Source of the DNA: Eledone cirrhosa
Lineage: Eukaryota
NCBI GenBank assembly: GCA_964016885.1
Contig: OZ024743.1
Location: 182,218,001 to 182,282,000 of the forward strand
Length of the DNA stretch: 64,000 bases
Direction of reading: 5' to 3'
The notes below the pieces were generated by a model, which was given only the letters and a program-made list of their open reading frames with translations, ran no database searches and was not told where the DNA came from. The first letter of the stretch is position 1. Each line of letters opens with the position of its first letter. Below, piece after piece: positions 10,889-25,542 of this stretch. Made by a program: the position numbers and the translations under genes.

Positions 10889-12199
10889 TTGAATTAGTAT
10901 GGTATAGACAAGTACATATGTTGTTTAGGTGTATGATATTGTCAATACTCTGATATGCCCAGTTCCTTGTTGGGTTGTTAATTCACTGGGGAACTGGAGT
11001 CATATGAATTCAAACAAACGAATTTTAGTGTCACAGGTCCCCTTCTCCTCTCATTGGTCAGTTATTAGTGTTGTCATTGTTGGAGTTAGCTTAAAAATTG
11101 ATAAAATGGTAGAAGGGACAAGGTGTTGAAGGAACAAAATATCAAAAAATGTGTCAAACTTCCCATTGTTCAGTTCTGAGAGCATTCCTCAGTCAGAAGT
11201 CTATAGAATTCTTTCTGGGGTGAGGCTCCCTGTAGTGTTTATGTCTGCTATTGTTCAGTACATTTGACCTCCACCATTATTTTGGTACTGTTGTTGTTGT
11301 AGTGGTCAGCTTATATCTTGCTGCTGCTAACAATTTAGAAGTATTCAGTTTGTGTTTTCTCTTCATCCCACCCGCCACCATCGTAGTGGTGGTGGCGGGG
11401 GGGGGGGGGTTATTTCATGTATATGAAGAAATATAAGGCAATAAATGAAGAAAACAGATGATAAATAAATAATATAATAAAATAAAATAATTAATATAAT
11501 TTGTGTAATTTGAAAATAAATAAATAAATAGAGAATAAAGAATAAAGAGTAAATGAGAGATTGGTGAAAAAGTAATGATAATGTATATGGAGAAGTGAGA
11601 AATAATGTAGGATAAAGTGTGTGTGTGTGTGTGCTATAACCAATCTCAAGGTCAGAATATGTTGGATAGATTGGTATGATACAAGATGTTAAGATGAGAT
11701 ATTCAATGTGTTTGTGTTATAATCTATCTCAACTTAAAATAAATATAAATATAAGGTTATACAGTGAAGAGGGCAGAAAACAAATAACAAATTAATATAG
11801 AGAAATCAAGATTTAAGATTGGAACTTTAAAGTCAGAAATCTGGTAAATTAAAAGTGTTAAGCCTCACCCCAGAAAGAATTCTATAGACTTCTGACTGAG
11901 GAATGCTCTCAGAACTGAACAATGGGAAGTTTGACACATTTTTTGATATTTTGTTCCTTCAACACCTTGTCCCTTCTACCATTTTATCAATTTTTAAGCT
12001 AACTCCAACAATGACAACACTAATAACTGACCAATGAGAGGAGAAGGGGACCTGTGACACTAAAATTCGTTTGTTTGAATTCATATGACTCCAGTTCCCC
12101 AGTGAATTAACAACCCAACAAGGAACTGGGCATATCAGAGTATTGACAATATCATACACCTAAACAACATATGTACTTGTCTATACCATACTAATTCAA

Positions 12200-12254
12200 A
12201 CTGCCTGAAGAGGTCACAGCCAAAGATGGCTGTCACTGAAATATATATAGCAGT
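12200..12254 (+). ncRNA. Minimal type I hammerhead ribozyme (copy 2)
   Basis: Stem I ACUGC/GCAGU; core CUGAAGA; stem II GGUCACAGCCA-AAGA-UGGCUGUCACU; GAAA; palindromic short stem III UAUAUA; AUA cleavage triplet. Confidence 0.82.
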
Positions 12255-12439
12255 AATAAACGAAGCTAAATTTTAATCATTTGACTTTTATTTAACTTTA
12301 TTTTACACTACTCCGGAGTAACCAAACCAACCTGCGCACTTCGTCGAGTGCTCCAGCCTGCATACTGAGGTGTTGGTATACAACCAACATAAACTCAAAA
12401 TCTCTATATATATATATATATATACATACATACATATAC

Positions 12440-12849
12440 GTGTTTTGCAACGGGTCACTTTGTGGCTCAATGAAAATTTAATAAATTAAATAATCAGAGC
12501 TGTATATCATAAAACATGTCTATAATTATTGGAAATCTCAAAATGTGGACGAGACCATGGTAGAGGTATTTAAATGTATTTTATTTTCTCCTAGTTTATT
12601 TTACACCTAATTCTGTTTAATTGACTGTATCTGGTCGATTACGCTGTCGAAATATTCGATAAATATTCCGCTACGGCCGACGCGAAGGGCTAGTTTCGGT
12701 TATTTGTTGGAGATTTCTTCATAGAAGCCTCATTCTTATAGCCTGGTCTATTCGATTTTTTATATAGTTAATTATGCTAATTGGGAGACAAAATGGTATA
12801 TATTTTATCTTGTGATTCTATAGACATGTTTTATGATATATAGCTCTGA
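12440..12849. mobile_element. MITE-like element fragment with inverted repeats
   Basis: tcagagctgtatatcataaaacatgtctata (~12493-12524) is inverted to tatagacatgttttatgatatatagctctga (~12819-12849). Internal 12522-12600 is also an inverted copy of 10424-10502. Confidence 0.5.
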
Positions 12850-13062
12850 GGAGGCAAAGGTTAGGTGGACATGCTCACCAACATCCAGAGTTGACATTGC
12901 ACTCAGTGATCCTTTGGGAGCCCCTACATGGACACACTAGAAGAGGAAGACCAAGGTTATGTTGATGCCCTAAGGACAGACACTGGTCTGTTGGAGACGC
13001 AGGACATGGCAGCGATAATGAGGGACAAAGACCGCTGGAGAGAACTGGTCCATGGAGCTCGG
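12849..13062 (+). mobile_element. 3' fragment of a second RTE-like LINE family
   Basis: Translates with indels to [44 protein letters not shown]...[11 protein letters not shown], a typical RTE C-terminus. Confidence 0.7.
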
Positions 13063-13088
13063 GAATTTTACTCGCCTTAGAAAAAGAA

Positions 13089-13108
13089 ATATATATATAT
13101 GTATATAT

Positions 13109-13140
<32 letters not shown>

Positions 13141-13283
13141 GTATATGTATATATATATATATGTATATGTATGTATATATATATGTATATGTATGTATAT
13201 ATATATGTATATGTATATATATATATGTATATGTATATATATATATATGTATATGTATATATATATATATGTATATGTATATA

Positions 13284-13318
<35 letters not shown>

Positions 13319-13420
13319 ATATATATATGTATATGTATATATATATATATGTATATGTATATATATATATATGTATATGTATATATATATATGTATATGT
13401 ATATATATATATATGTATAT
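13089..13420. repeat. (TATATG)n/(TA)n microsatellite
   Basis: Direct reading; the YI/CI ORFs are artefacts. Confidence 0.95.
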
Positions 13421-13465
13421 AAAGTTAAATAAAAGTCAAATGATTAAAATTTAGCTTCGTTTATT

Positions 13466-13520
13466 ACTGCTATATATATTTCAGTGACAGCCATCTTTGG
13501 CTGTGACCTCTTCAGGCAGT
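13466..13520 (-). ncRNA. Minimal type I hammerhead ribozyme (copy 3)
   Basis: Identical to copy 1. Confidence 0.8.
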
Positions 13521-13881
13521 TTGAATTAGTATGGTATAGACAAGTACATATGTTGTTTAGGTGTATGATATTGTAATGAAAATAACAGTCTGAATATAAA
13601 TTTATCTAAGGTAACATGGAGTAAATAATTATTTTGAAGAAATTTATATAAGCATTATTTCCCATGTGTAATGAGTTAGACGCACATGACAGCAGAATTG
13701 GGAAACGGCTGGTTTACGATAATGTAGAATGTACATGGATAGAATATTAAGGGGAACTGGAGTCATATGACTCCAGTTCCCCAGTGAATTAACAACCCAA
13801 CAAGGAACTGGGCATATCAGAGTATTGACAATATCATACACCTAAACAACATATGTACTTGTCTATACCATACTAATTCAA

Positions 13882-13936
13882 ACTGCCTGAAGAGGTCACA
13901 GCCAAAGATGGCTGTCACTGAAATATATATAGCAGT
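13882..13936 (+). ncRNA. Minimal type I hammerhead ribozyme (copy 4)
   Basis: Identical to copy 2. Confidence 0.8.
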
Positions 13937-14083
13937 AATAAACGAAGCTAAATTTTAATCATTTGACTTTTATTTAACTTTATTTTACACTACTCCGGAG
14001 TAACCAAACCAACCTGCGCACTTCGTCGAGTGCTCCAGCCTGCATACTGAGGTGTTGGTATACAACCAACATAAACTCAAAAT

Positions 14084-16501
<2,418 letters not shown>

Positions 16502-16701
16502 NNNNNNNNNNNNNNNNNNNNNNNNNNNNNNNNNNNNNNNNNNNNNNNNNNNNNNNNNNNNNNNNNNNNNNNNNNNNNNNNNNNNNNNNNNNNNNNNNNN
16601 NNNNNNNNNNNNNNNNNNNNNNNNNNNNNNNNNNNNNNNNNNNNNNNNNNNNNNNNNNNNNNNNNNNNNNNNNNNNNNNNNNNNNNNNNNNNNNNNNNNN
16701 N
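16502..16701. other. Assembly gap (200 N)
   Basis: Run of n. Confidence 1.
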
Positions 16702-17020
16702 TGAGTTCCTGTTGGCCTACAAAATGGCTCAAATATGTTGTGTTTATCACCTCTGCTGGCCAAACTCCGTTCCATGTGTCCCTATCATGGCACTGGCTCC
16801 AGCAAATAGTGTTAGGTGTGAAAGTCAGAACTCAGTGCTATAACTGATGCAATGCTTGGATTACACTATCTTAAAGTGCATATACTTGCAGCTGGGCACT
16901 GCTTGTGAAACCAATCACTCAAAGAAACTCTCTTGAAATGAACTTACACTGTGAGTTCTTTCCATTGAGCCAGCTCAACCCACTCCGGGTGAACACTGTC
17001 ACAAGTACAAGTAAAAGGCT

Positions 17021-17195
17021 ATGGTTGCCATTGTGGGCCATGGTGGCCATTGTGGGCCATAGTGGGTCATGGTGGGCCATAGTGAGCCATGGTGGGTCAT
17101 GGTGGGCCATAGTGAGCCATGCTGGGTCATGGTAGCCATTGTGGGCCATGGTGGGCCATGGTGGCTATGGTGGGCCATATTGGGTCATAGTAGGC
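17021..17195. repeat. 10-bp minisatellite (GTGGGCCATG-like)
   Basis: ~17 degenerate units such as gtgggccata/gtgggtcatg/gtgagccatg. Confidence 0.85.
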
Positions 17196-17386
17196 CAACT
17201 CTCTCATTACCATATTTCTAATAAACGACACTGTTGTAGCAGGTATGTGAATTAGATATTGTTATTGCCGGCTGGTCAACTGGTTTACTGTGGTGTGGGA
17301 AGAATGTTGTTGTAAACCTTGTTTATGGACGAATGTGTAAAGTTGATCTGTCCCATATAAAGTGTTGTGTGTATGTCTCAGTATAT

Positions 17387-17545
17387 CTTCTTCTTCTTCT
17401 TCTTCTTCTTCTTCTTCCATAACATGACAACCTGTCTAACTCACACGAGCATGGAAAAATAGACATTAAATGATGATGATGGTGGTGGTGGTGATGGTGA
17501 TGTTGGTGTTGGTGGTGTTAATGAACGTTGATGATGATGATGATG
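17387..17545. repeat. (CTT)n, RTE-SINE tail remnant and (GAT/GGT)n
   Basis: agcatggaaaaatagacattaaatgatgat resembles the RTE/SINE 3' terminus seen at 4700-4740 and 34595-34635. Confidence 0.6.
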
Positions 17546-17716
17546 AGAAATAGTTCTACTATATTTCAATAGATACTTTACCCGGTTGTTAATAACTGTC
17601 ACTACACCCAAAAGATTGTGTTGACAATGTTTCACTATCTCCTTTCACACATATTTAGCATATTTTTCAGGTGAGGCTAGGTTATATATGTAATTATATA
17701 ACAATATATTTTCCTA

Positions 17717-18096
17717 TACTCTTGGGTCTTGAATAATGGCCCCTCCACCCCACTTATTAATTGTTCAGACCCCCACCCCGTATTCCCCACCCGCTTATTA
17801 AATTTTGCTAATCTATCTCCGGTAAAATTTTATTTTAAGTGGTAACATTACTGCGACAGTTAATTTTCTTTAGATATTAAGAAGAAATTATATATGACAA
17901 AAAATTACATTACTAGAAATCCCATGTTATAAAATATATAGGATGGGGGGTCTCAATATGTAAACTAAATGACTAATTATGGTTTTAAAAAAATATCAAT
18001 GAAGACAACCTAGAAAAATTACCCCTCCCCCCCCCCACCATTTATTCCAACTCCCACTATTTATTCCCCTACTCTATAATTTGAGACCTGACAATA
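17717..18096 (+). mobile_element. TA-flanked MITE (Tc1/mariner-type ends)
   Basis: Imperfect TIRs tactcttgggtcttgaat / atttgagacctgacaata; a second copy lies at 38776-39095. Confidence 0.65.
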
Positions 18097-18397
18097 TATG
18101 TGGCTTGATGTATTTCCGTTGATCAATGTAAACAGTTGAATTTCTATGTTATGGTGATGATGATGATGGTGAGTCACACAACATAGTCAGGCCATAACAG
18201 TAACTGCAGAAACTTGTCTATCAAAGATGTTTTAATAACATATTATTAGAGTTATGGTTGTTATTGTTGTATAGCATGGGGACAGCCCTGCTTGAACAGA
18301 CTTATGATCAAAGGGGTTCTCCTTATGACCATCCTATTTAGGACATAATATGTTTAGGACTAATATTTAGACATAATATATTTAGGATTTATATTGA

Positions 18398-21374
18398 GAC
18401 ATAATATAGATATGACCATCATGTCTAATATTTAGGACATAATATAGATATGACCATCCTGTCTAATATTTAGGACATAATATAGATATGACCATCCTAG
18501 CTAATATTTAGGACATAATATAGATATGACCATCTTGTCTAATATTTAGGACATAATATAGATATGACCATCCTGTCTAATATTTAGGACATAATATAGA
18601 TATGACCATCCTGTCTAATATTTAGGACATAATATAGATATGACCATCCTGTCTAATATTTAGGACATAATATAGATATGACCATCCTAGCTAATATTTA
18701 GGACATAATATAGATATGACCATCCTGTCTAATATTTAGGACATAATATAGATATGACCATCCTGTCTAATATTGAGACATAATATAGATATGACCATCC
18801 TGTCTAATATTGAGACATAATATAGATATGACCATCCTGTCTAATATTGAGACATAATATAGATATGACCATCCTGTCTAATATTGAGACATAATATAGA
18901 TATGACCATCCTGTCTAATATTTAGGACATAATATAGATATGACCATCCTGTCTAATATTGAGACATAATATAGATATGACCATCCTGTCTAATATTTAG
19001 GACATAATATAGATATGACCATCCTGTCTAATATTTAGGACATAATATAGATATGACCATCCTGTCTAATATTGAGACATAATATAGATATGACCATCCT
19101 GTCTGATATTTAGGATATAATATAGATATGACCATCCTGTCTAATATTGAGACATAATATAGATATGACCATCCTGTCTAATATTGAGACATAATATAGA
19201 TATGACCATCCTGTCTAATATTTAGGACATAATATAGATATGACCATCCTGTCTAATATTGAGACATAATATAGATATGACCATCCTGTCTAATATTGAG
19301 ACATAATATAGATATGACCATCCTGTTTAATATTTAGGACATAATATAGATATGACCATCCTGTCTAATATTTAGGACATAATATAGATATGACCACCCT
19401 GTCTAATATTTAGGACATAATATAGATATGACCATCCTGTCTAATATTTAGGACATAATATAGATATGACCATCCTGTCTAATATTGAGACATAATATAG
19501 ATATGACCATCCTGTCTAATATTTAGGACATAATATAGATATGACCATCCTGTCTAATATTGAGACATAATATAGATATGACCATCCTGTCTAATATTTA
19601 GGACATAATATAGATATGACCATCCTGTCTAATATTTAGGACATAATATAGATATGACCATCCTGTCTAATATTGAGACATAATATAGATATGACCATCC
19701 TGTCTAATATTTAGGATATAATATAGATATGAGCATCCTGTCTAATATTGAGACATAATATAGATATGACCATCCTGTCTAATATTTAGGATATAATATA
19801 GATATGACCATCCTGTCTAATATTGAGACATACTATAGATATGACCATCCTGTCTAATATTGAGACATAATATAGATATGACCATCCTGTCTAATATTTA
19901 GGACATAATATAGATATGACCATCCTGTCTAATATTGAGACATAATATAGATATGACCATCCTGTCTAATATTGAGACATAATATAGATATGACCATCCT
20001 GTCTAATATTTAGGACATAATATAGATATGACCATCCTGTCTAATATTTAGGACATAATATAGATATGACCATCCTGTCTAATATTGAGACATAATATAG
20101 ATATGACCATCCTGTCTAATATTTAGGATATAATATAGATATGACCATCCTGTCTAATATTGAGACATAATATAGATATGACCATCCTGTCTAATATTTA
20201 GGACATAATATAGATATGACCATCCTGTCTAATATTTAGGACATAATATAGATATGACCATCCTGTCTAATATTTAGGACATAATATAGATATGACCATC
20301 CTGTCTAATATTGAGACATAATATAGATATGACCATCCTGTCTAATATTTAGGACATAATATAGATATGACCATCCTGTCTAATATTTAGGACATAATAT
20401 AGATATGACCAACCTGTCTAATATTTAGGACATAATATAGATATGACCATCCTGTCTAATATTGAGACATAATATAGATATGACCATCCTGTCTAATATT
20501 TAGGACATAATATAGATATGACCATCCTGTCTAATATTTAGGACATAATATAGATATGACCATCCTGTCTAATATTTAGGACATAATATAGATATTACCA
20601 TCCTGTCTAATATTTAGGACATAATATTGATATGACCATCCTGTCTAATATTGAGACATAATATAGATATGACCATCCTGTCTAATATTGAGATATAATA
20701 TAGATATGACCATCCTGTCTAATATTTAGGACATAATATAGATATGACCATCCTGTCTAATATTGAGACATAATATAGATATGACCATCCTGTCTAATAT
20801 TTAGGACATAATATAGATATGACCATCCTGTCTAATATTGAGACATAATATAGATATGACCATCCTGTCTAATATTGAGACATAATATAGATATGACCAT
20901 CCTGTCTAATATTTAGGACATAATATAGATATGACCATCCTGTCTAATATTTAGGACATAATATAGATATGACCATCCTAGCTAATATTTAGGACATAAT
21001 ATAGATATGACCATCCTGTCTAATATTTAGGACATAATATAGATATGACCATCCTGTCTAATATTTAGGACATAATATAGATATGACCATCCTGTCTAAT
21101 ATTGTGACATAATATAGATATGACCATCCTGTCTAATATTTAGGACATAATATAGATATGACCATCCTGTCTAATATTTAGGACATAATATAGATATGAC
21201 CATCCTAGCTAATATTTAGGACATAATATAGATATGACCATCCTGTCTAATATTTAGGACATAATATAGATATGACCATCCTGTCTAATATTTAGGACAT
21301 AATATAGATATGACCATCCTGTCTAATATTTAGGACATAATATAGATATGACCATCCTAGCTAATATTTAGGAC
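18398..21374. repeat. 38/37-bp minisatellite, ~79 units
   Basis: Unit aatatttaggacataatatagatatgaccatcctgtct (38 bp) is interspersed with aatattgagacataat... (37 bp). Confidence 0.97.
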
Positions 21375-22002
21375 TCAATATATGTTGGACTAGATTATTT
21401 AATGTCTCCTTATTCAAAGATGATAGTATGTAATATTTTAGAGTGACTTGGCAGCTATTTCCAGCAGGTTGAATCCTAATCAGAGGTTGCGCCATCAGCT
21501 CATAGATTGATATAATGTAGTTAGGATGTGGTAATAATAGGTAACATATTATTACAAGGAGCATTAATACACTAACTAGAAATTATTATATTATACAAAC
21601 AATATTATATCATTTAACTTATCTTGTCTTAATTACTCGGAACATATGGGAGAGAACTGGATAATCATCATCATCATCATCCGTTGCTCGGGATTCTAAA
21701 CATAGATTGGCATGTATATCCCTCCTTTCTGAAACAGTACAGAGAAGTACGGAATACCTCGGCCTGGGGATGGTCTACATTTTGTGCTTATAAAAAAAAT
21801 TTGTTGTAGATTACTACCGGTTTAACTTAACTGGGTGTCTGAGAGTAAAATGTTCAACCCACAAAAGATAGTCGATAGTAAAAAGGCATTCGACAAACCG
21901 AACATGTATTTGTTGTGCTATGGTACAATGAAAGCAATAGTTACAGAGCAGTAAGCATGTGGGATTGCAGTGGTGGAGAGCATGAAGGAATTTAGTTGGA
22001 TA

Positions 22003-22491
22003 CTTTTAAGGTTACAGGCCCTAACGCAACCAAAATGCTAAACAATGCGGTCCCCAGGCAAAAATTTGAAATCTTTTTCAGTCAAGAAAATTTGTGAAAC
22101 ATAAGTAATGCATATGCAAAGTTTAAAAAAAATCGGCTGGTTACTTCTCGAGTTACAGGCCCTAACGCAACCAAAATGCTTCTTCAAAAAATCGTTTTTT
22201 TGCCAAATGCGGTCCCTGGGGCAAAAAATGAGAAAATCTTTTCTGCTCAAAACACTTTAAACAACATAAGTAATGCAAATTTTGAAGAAATCACCTGGAT
22301 TATTGTTCCGTTATGCCTCAAAAAAGCCTTTAAAGCCTAAAATATGCGGTTTTTCGCCTAATGCGGTCCCTAGGGCATTGAAACACTCACACGACCATAA
22401 GTATTACATGTGTAAAGTTTGAAAAAAATCGGTCGGGTGGTTCTCGAGTTTTAGGGGGACAGACTGACATTCTCTGTTTTAAATATATAGA
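22003..22491 (-). mobile_element. 3'-truncated non-autonomous Helitron, same family as 2791-3703
   Basis: Minus strand starts A|TCTATATATTTAAAACAGAGAATGTCAGTCTGTC...ctaaaactcgagaaccacccgaccg, matching the 5' end of the first copy. It has internal subrepeats but no 3' hairpin/CTAG. Confidence 0.8.
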
Positions 22492-22545
22492 TATGGTAAT
22501 GAAATGGTTAAAGATTCAGTAAGAACTAGACATTAGTATGTGTAT

Positions 22546-22582
<37 letters not shown>

Positions 22583-22795
22583 TGTATGTATAAGGCTGTG
22601 ATTTTGATTCCTGGACCGGGTGATGCGCTATGTCCTTGACATTTTATTTCTGCTGCCTAGACTTGTAACCAACCCATAGTATTAGCAATTAAAAAGACAA
22701 ACAGAAACATTGTTTCCTCGATCTGATGAGCTCCACCCCGCTCCACCCCCGCTCCTTCAGCAAATGAGATCTGGGATCTTGTCGATTGACTATCG

Positions 22796-23010
22796 ATTGT
22801 ATATGTATATGTGTATTGTATGTACATGTGTATTGTATGTATATGTATATGTATATATATATATATATGTGTATTGTATGTGTATATATGTATATGTGTA
22901 TTGTAGGTATATGTGTATGTGTACATATATATATGTAGTGAGGACTATACAAACATATCTATGTGTATTGTATGTATATATATATATGTGTATATATATG
23001 TATATATATA

Positions 23011-23059
<49 letters not shown>

Positions 23060-23282
23060 GTGTACTGTATATATATATATGTGTGTACTGTATATATATA
23101 TATTTATGTGTACTGTATATATATATATATGTGTTTATTGTATGTGTATATATGTATATGTGTATATATATATATATGTAGTGAGGACTATAAAAACATA
23201 TCTATGTGTATTGTAGATATATATAAATATATAGGTGTATATATATGTATATATATGTATATATATGTATATATATATATTA

Positions 23283-23313
<31 letters not shown>

Positions 23314-23445
23314 GTGTGTATATATATACGTTATATACGTATGTGTGTTATATATATGTGTTATATATATATATGTGTTATATATATATATATATATATA
23401 TGTGCATATATATATATAGTGAGGACTATAGAAACATATCTATCA
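22796..23445. repeat. TA/TG-rich tract with three spaced anchors (~240-bp higher-order units)
   Basis: tagtgaggactata.aaacatatctat recurs at ~22936, ~23179 and ~23417. Confidence 0.75.
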
Positions 23446-23553
23446 TTCTCTAACTTGACATCCTGATGATAAGATAATGCGTTATTGGAATGTCAATAAA
23501 CTGGGAACTTGGAAATATTTATATACACACTCTGAAACATGTCTAATGAACAA

Positions 23554-23870
23554 TGTATGTATGTATGTATGTATGTATGTATGTATGTATGTATGTATGT
23601 ATGTATGTATGTATGTATGTATGTGTGTATGTGTGTATGTATGTATGTATGTATGTATGTGTGTATGTATGTATGTATGTGTGTATGTGTGTATGTATGT
23701 ATGTATGTATGTATGTATGTGTGTATGTGTGTGTGTGTGTGTGTGTGTGCTTATATGCACCCAAACAAACACATAGACATAATCACTGGCACAGACGCAC
23801 AGAACACATTGACACAAACATAAACACAGGGAAACACAGACACAGACACACAAACACACACACACACACA
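23554..23870. repeat. (TATG)n, (TG)n, (CA)n microsatellites
   Basis: Direct reading. Confidence 0.95.
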
Positions 23871-23937
23871 CAAACATTCACATATTCCTGAACAGATGTG
23901 TGTAGACTCCTTTAAAGATAAAACTCTCACATATGTT

Positions 23938-24450
23938 AGTGCTGGTACCACCATAATATATACCAGTATACTCTATAAGGTGGTTAGTGCTAGGAGAGGC
24001 AGCTACCCAGAGAAACCATGCTACCAGTACACTCTATAAGCTGGTTAGTGTTAGGAAGGGCAGCCCTCCAGAGAAACCTTGAGAAAATAGTATTGTGAGG
24101 ACCCTACAGTCACATCATGGACACAATAACGTTTTTTGTGCTGGTGTCATGAAAAAGATGCCAAGTACACCATTTAAAGCACTTGACATTAAGAAGGGCA
24201 CTCAGCCATAAATAACTTACCAAACAAAGAATTGTGAGAACTCTTCAATTGTGACAAGGATATAACAACCTCCTTTGTGGTGGTATCAACAAAATGACAT
24301 TGTGTACATGCTGTAAACTTGTTAGTGATAGGAAGGGCATGGCAATCTCCCTAGTGCTGGTGACATAAAAATGGTACCATGTACACTCTGTAAAGTGTTT
24401 ATTGATAGAAAGATCAGCCAGCCAGTCATAGAAACCTTGCCAAGCAAAGG
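23938..24450 (+). mobile_element. Cluster of degenerate tandem copies of the RTE-derived SINE 3' segment
   Basis: Repeated cagtacactct.taa..tggttag...aggaagggca...agaaacc motifs at ~23965, 24025, 24165, 24305 and 24380. Confidence 0.6.
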
Positions 24451-24600
24451 GTTAGTTGTGTCCATGACGTAGCAGCCTCCCTGGTGCTGCTGCAAAACAT
24501 CCAAATAATTGGATGACTTGAATATTAATTGGACCCCAAATCACAAATTATGATTCAATGGCAAAATTTATTTATTAAAACATAGGAACAGATTAACTCA

Positions 24601-25310
24601 TAATGTCCTGTACCACATGAAACCACATTAACTTTTAATGTCCTGTACCACATGAAACCACATTAACTTTTAATGTCCTGTACCACATGAAACCACATTA
24701 ACTTTTAATATCTTGTACCTCATGAAACCGCATTAACTTTTAATATCTTGTACCTCATGAAACCACATTAATTCTTAACGTCCTGTACCACATGAAACCA
24801 CATTAACCTTTAATGTCCTGTACCTCATGAAACCGCATTAACTTTTAATATCTTGTACCTCATGAAACCACATTAATTCTTAACGTCCTGTACCACATGA
24901 AACCACATTAACCTTTAATGTCCTGTACCTCATGAAACCGCATTAACTCTTAATCTCCTGTACCACATGAAACCACATTAACTTTTAATATCTTGTACCT
25001 CATGAAACCACATTAATTCTTAACGTCCTGTACCACATGAAACCACATTAACCTTTAATGTCCTGTACCTCATGAAACCGCATTAACTCTTAATCTCCTG
25101 TACCACATGAAACCACATTAATTTTTAACGTCCTGTACCACATGAAGCCACATAAACTCTTGATGTCCTGTACCACATGAGACCACATTAACACTTAACG
25201 TCCTGTACCACATGAAACCACATTAACTTTTAATGTCCTGTACCACATGAAACCGCATTAACTCTTAATCTCCTGTACCACATGAAACGATATTAACTCT
25301 TAAAATTCTT
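24601..25310. repeat. 35-bp minisatellite, ~20 units
   Basis: Unit taatgtcctgtaccacatgaaaccacattaacttt. Confidence 0.95.
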
Positions 25311-25322
25311 GAATCACATTAA

Positions 25323-25542
25323 CCCTTTAGCATTCACATTACTCTATATATACTATTGTATTTTCATGGTAAAGGCTTTACCTCACATAATTATCTCACA
25401 TAATATCGAATCTATGAGATTTTGAAAGTGTTTATTTTGAGAACAAAACCTTAACTTCAGTTTCAGCGACCAGTTACAGGCAGTTTCAACAGAAAGAGGT
25501 AGAGAATTCTGGCTGGTTTTGGCCAGTTTGAACATTAAAGGG
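25323..25542. mobile_element. piggyBac-like MITE with TTAA target duplication
   Basis: TTAA|CCCTTTAGCATTC ... GAACATTAAAGGG|TTAA (TTAA at 25319-22 and 25543-46). Confidence 0.75.

Larger units (their letters stand above)
10784..12402. mobile_element. Penelope-type element fragment with inverted pLTR arms (10784-11227 minus; 11861-12304 plus, with ~98-nt extension to 12402)
   Basis: The ~444-bp arms are near-identical reverse complements (the same 66-aa spurious ORF appears on both strands). Each holds a hammerhead followed by AATAAA, and both ends lie in (TA)n. Confidence 0.8.
13420..14083. mobile_element. Second Penelope-type fragment with inverted pLTRs (13420-13574 minus; ~13765-14083 plus)
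   Basis: Same pLTR sequence, hammerheads and 3' extension as 10784-12402; flanked by (TA)n-type tracts. Confidence 0.8.

Noticed and set aside
10929-11129. 66-aa ORF present three times (10929, 11959, 13644)
   Set aside because: Repeated only because it lies in the pLTR, antisense to the ribozyme strand; no recognisable domain.
16702-17390. Possible host exon or LTR remnant next to the gap
   Set aside because: No sustained ORF, recognisable domain or paired LTR; unassignable without a database search.
18398-21374. CRISPR array (37-38-bp repeats); also considered for the 35-bp and 78-bp arrays
   Set aside because: Units are head-to-tail with no unique spacers, there are no cas genes, and the context is eukaryotic.
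22722-22790. CTGATGAG hammerhead core
   Set aside because: No stem II closed by GAAA and no stem I pairing.
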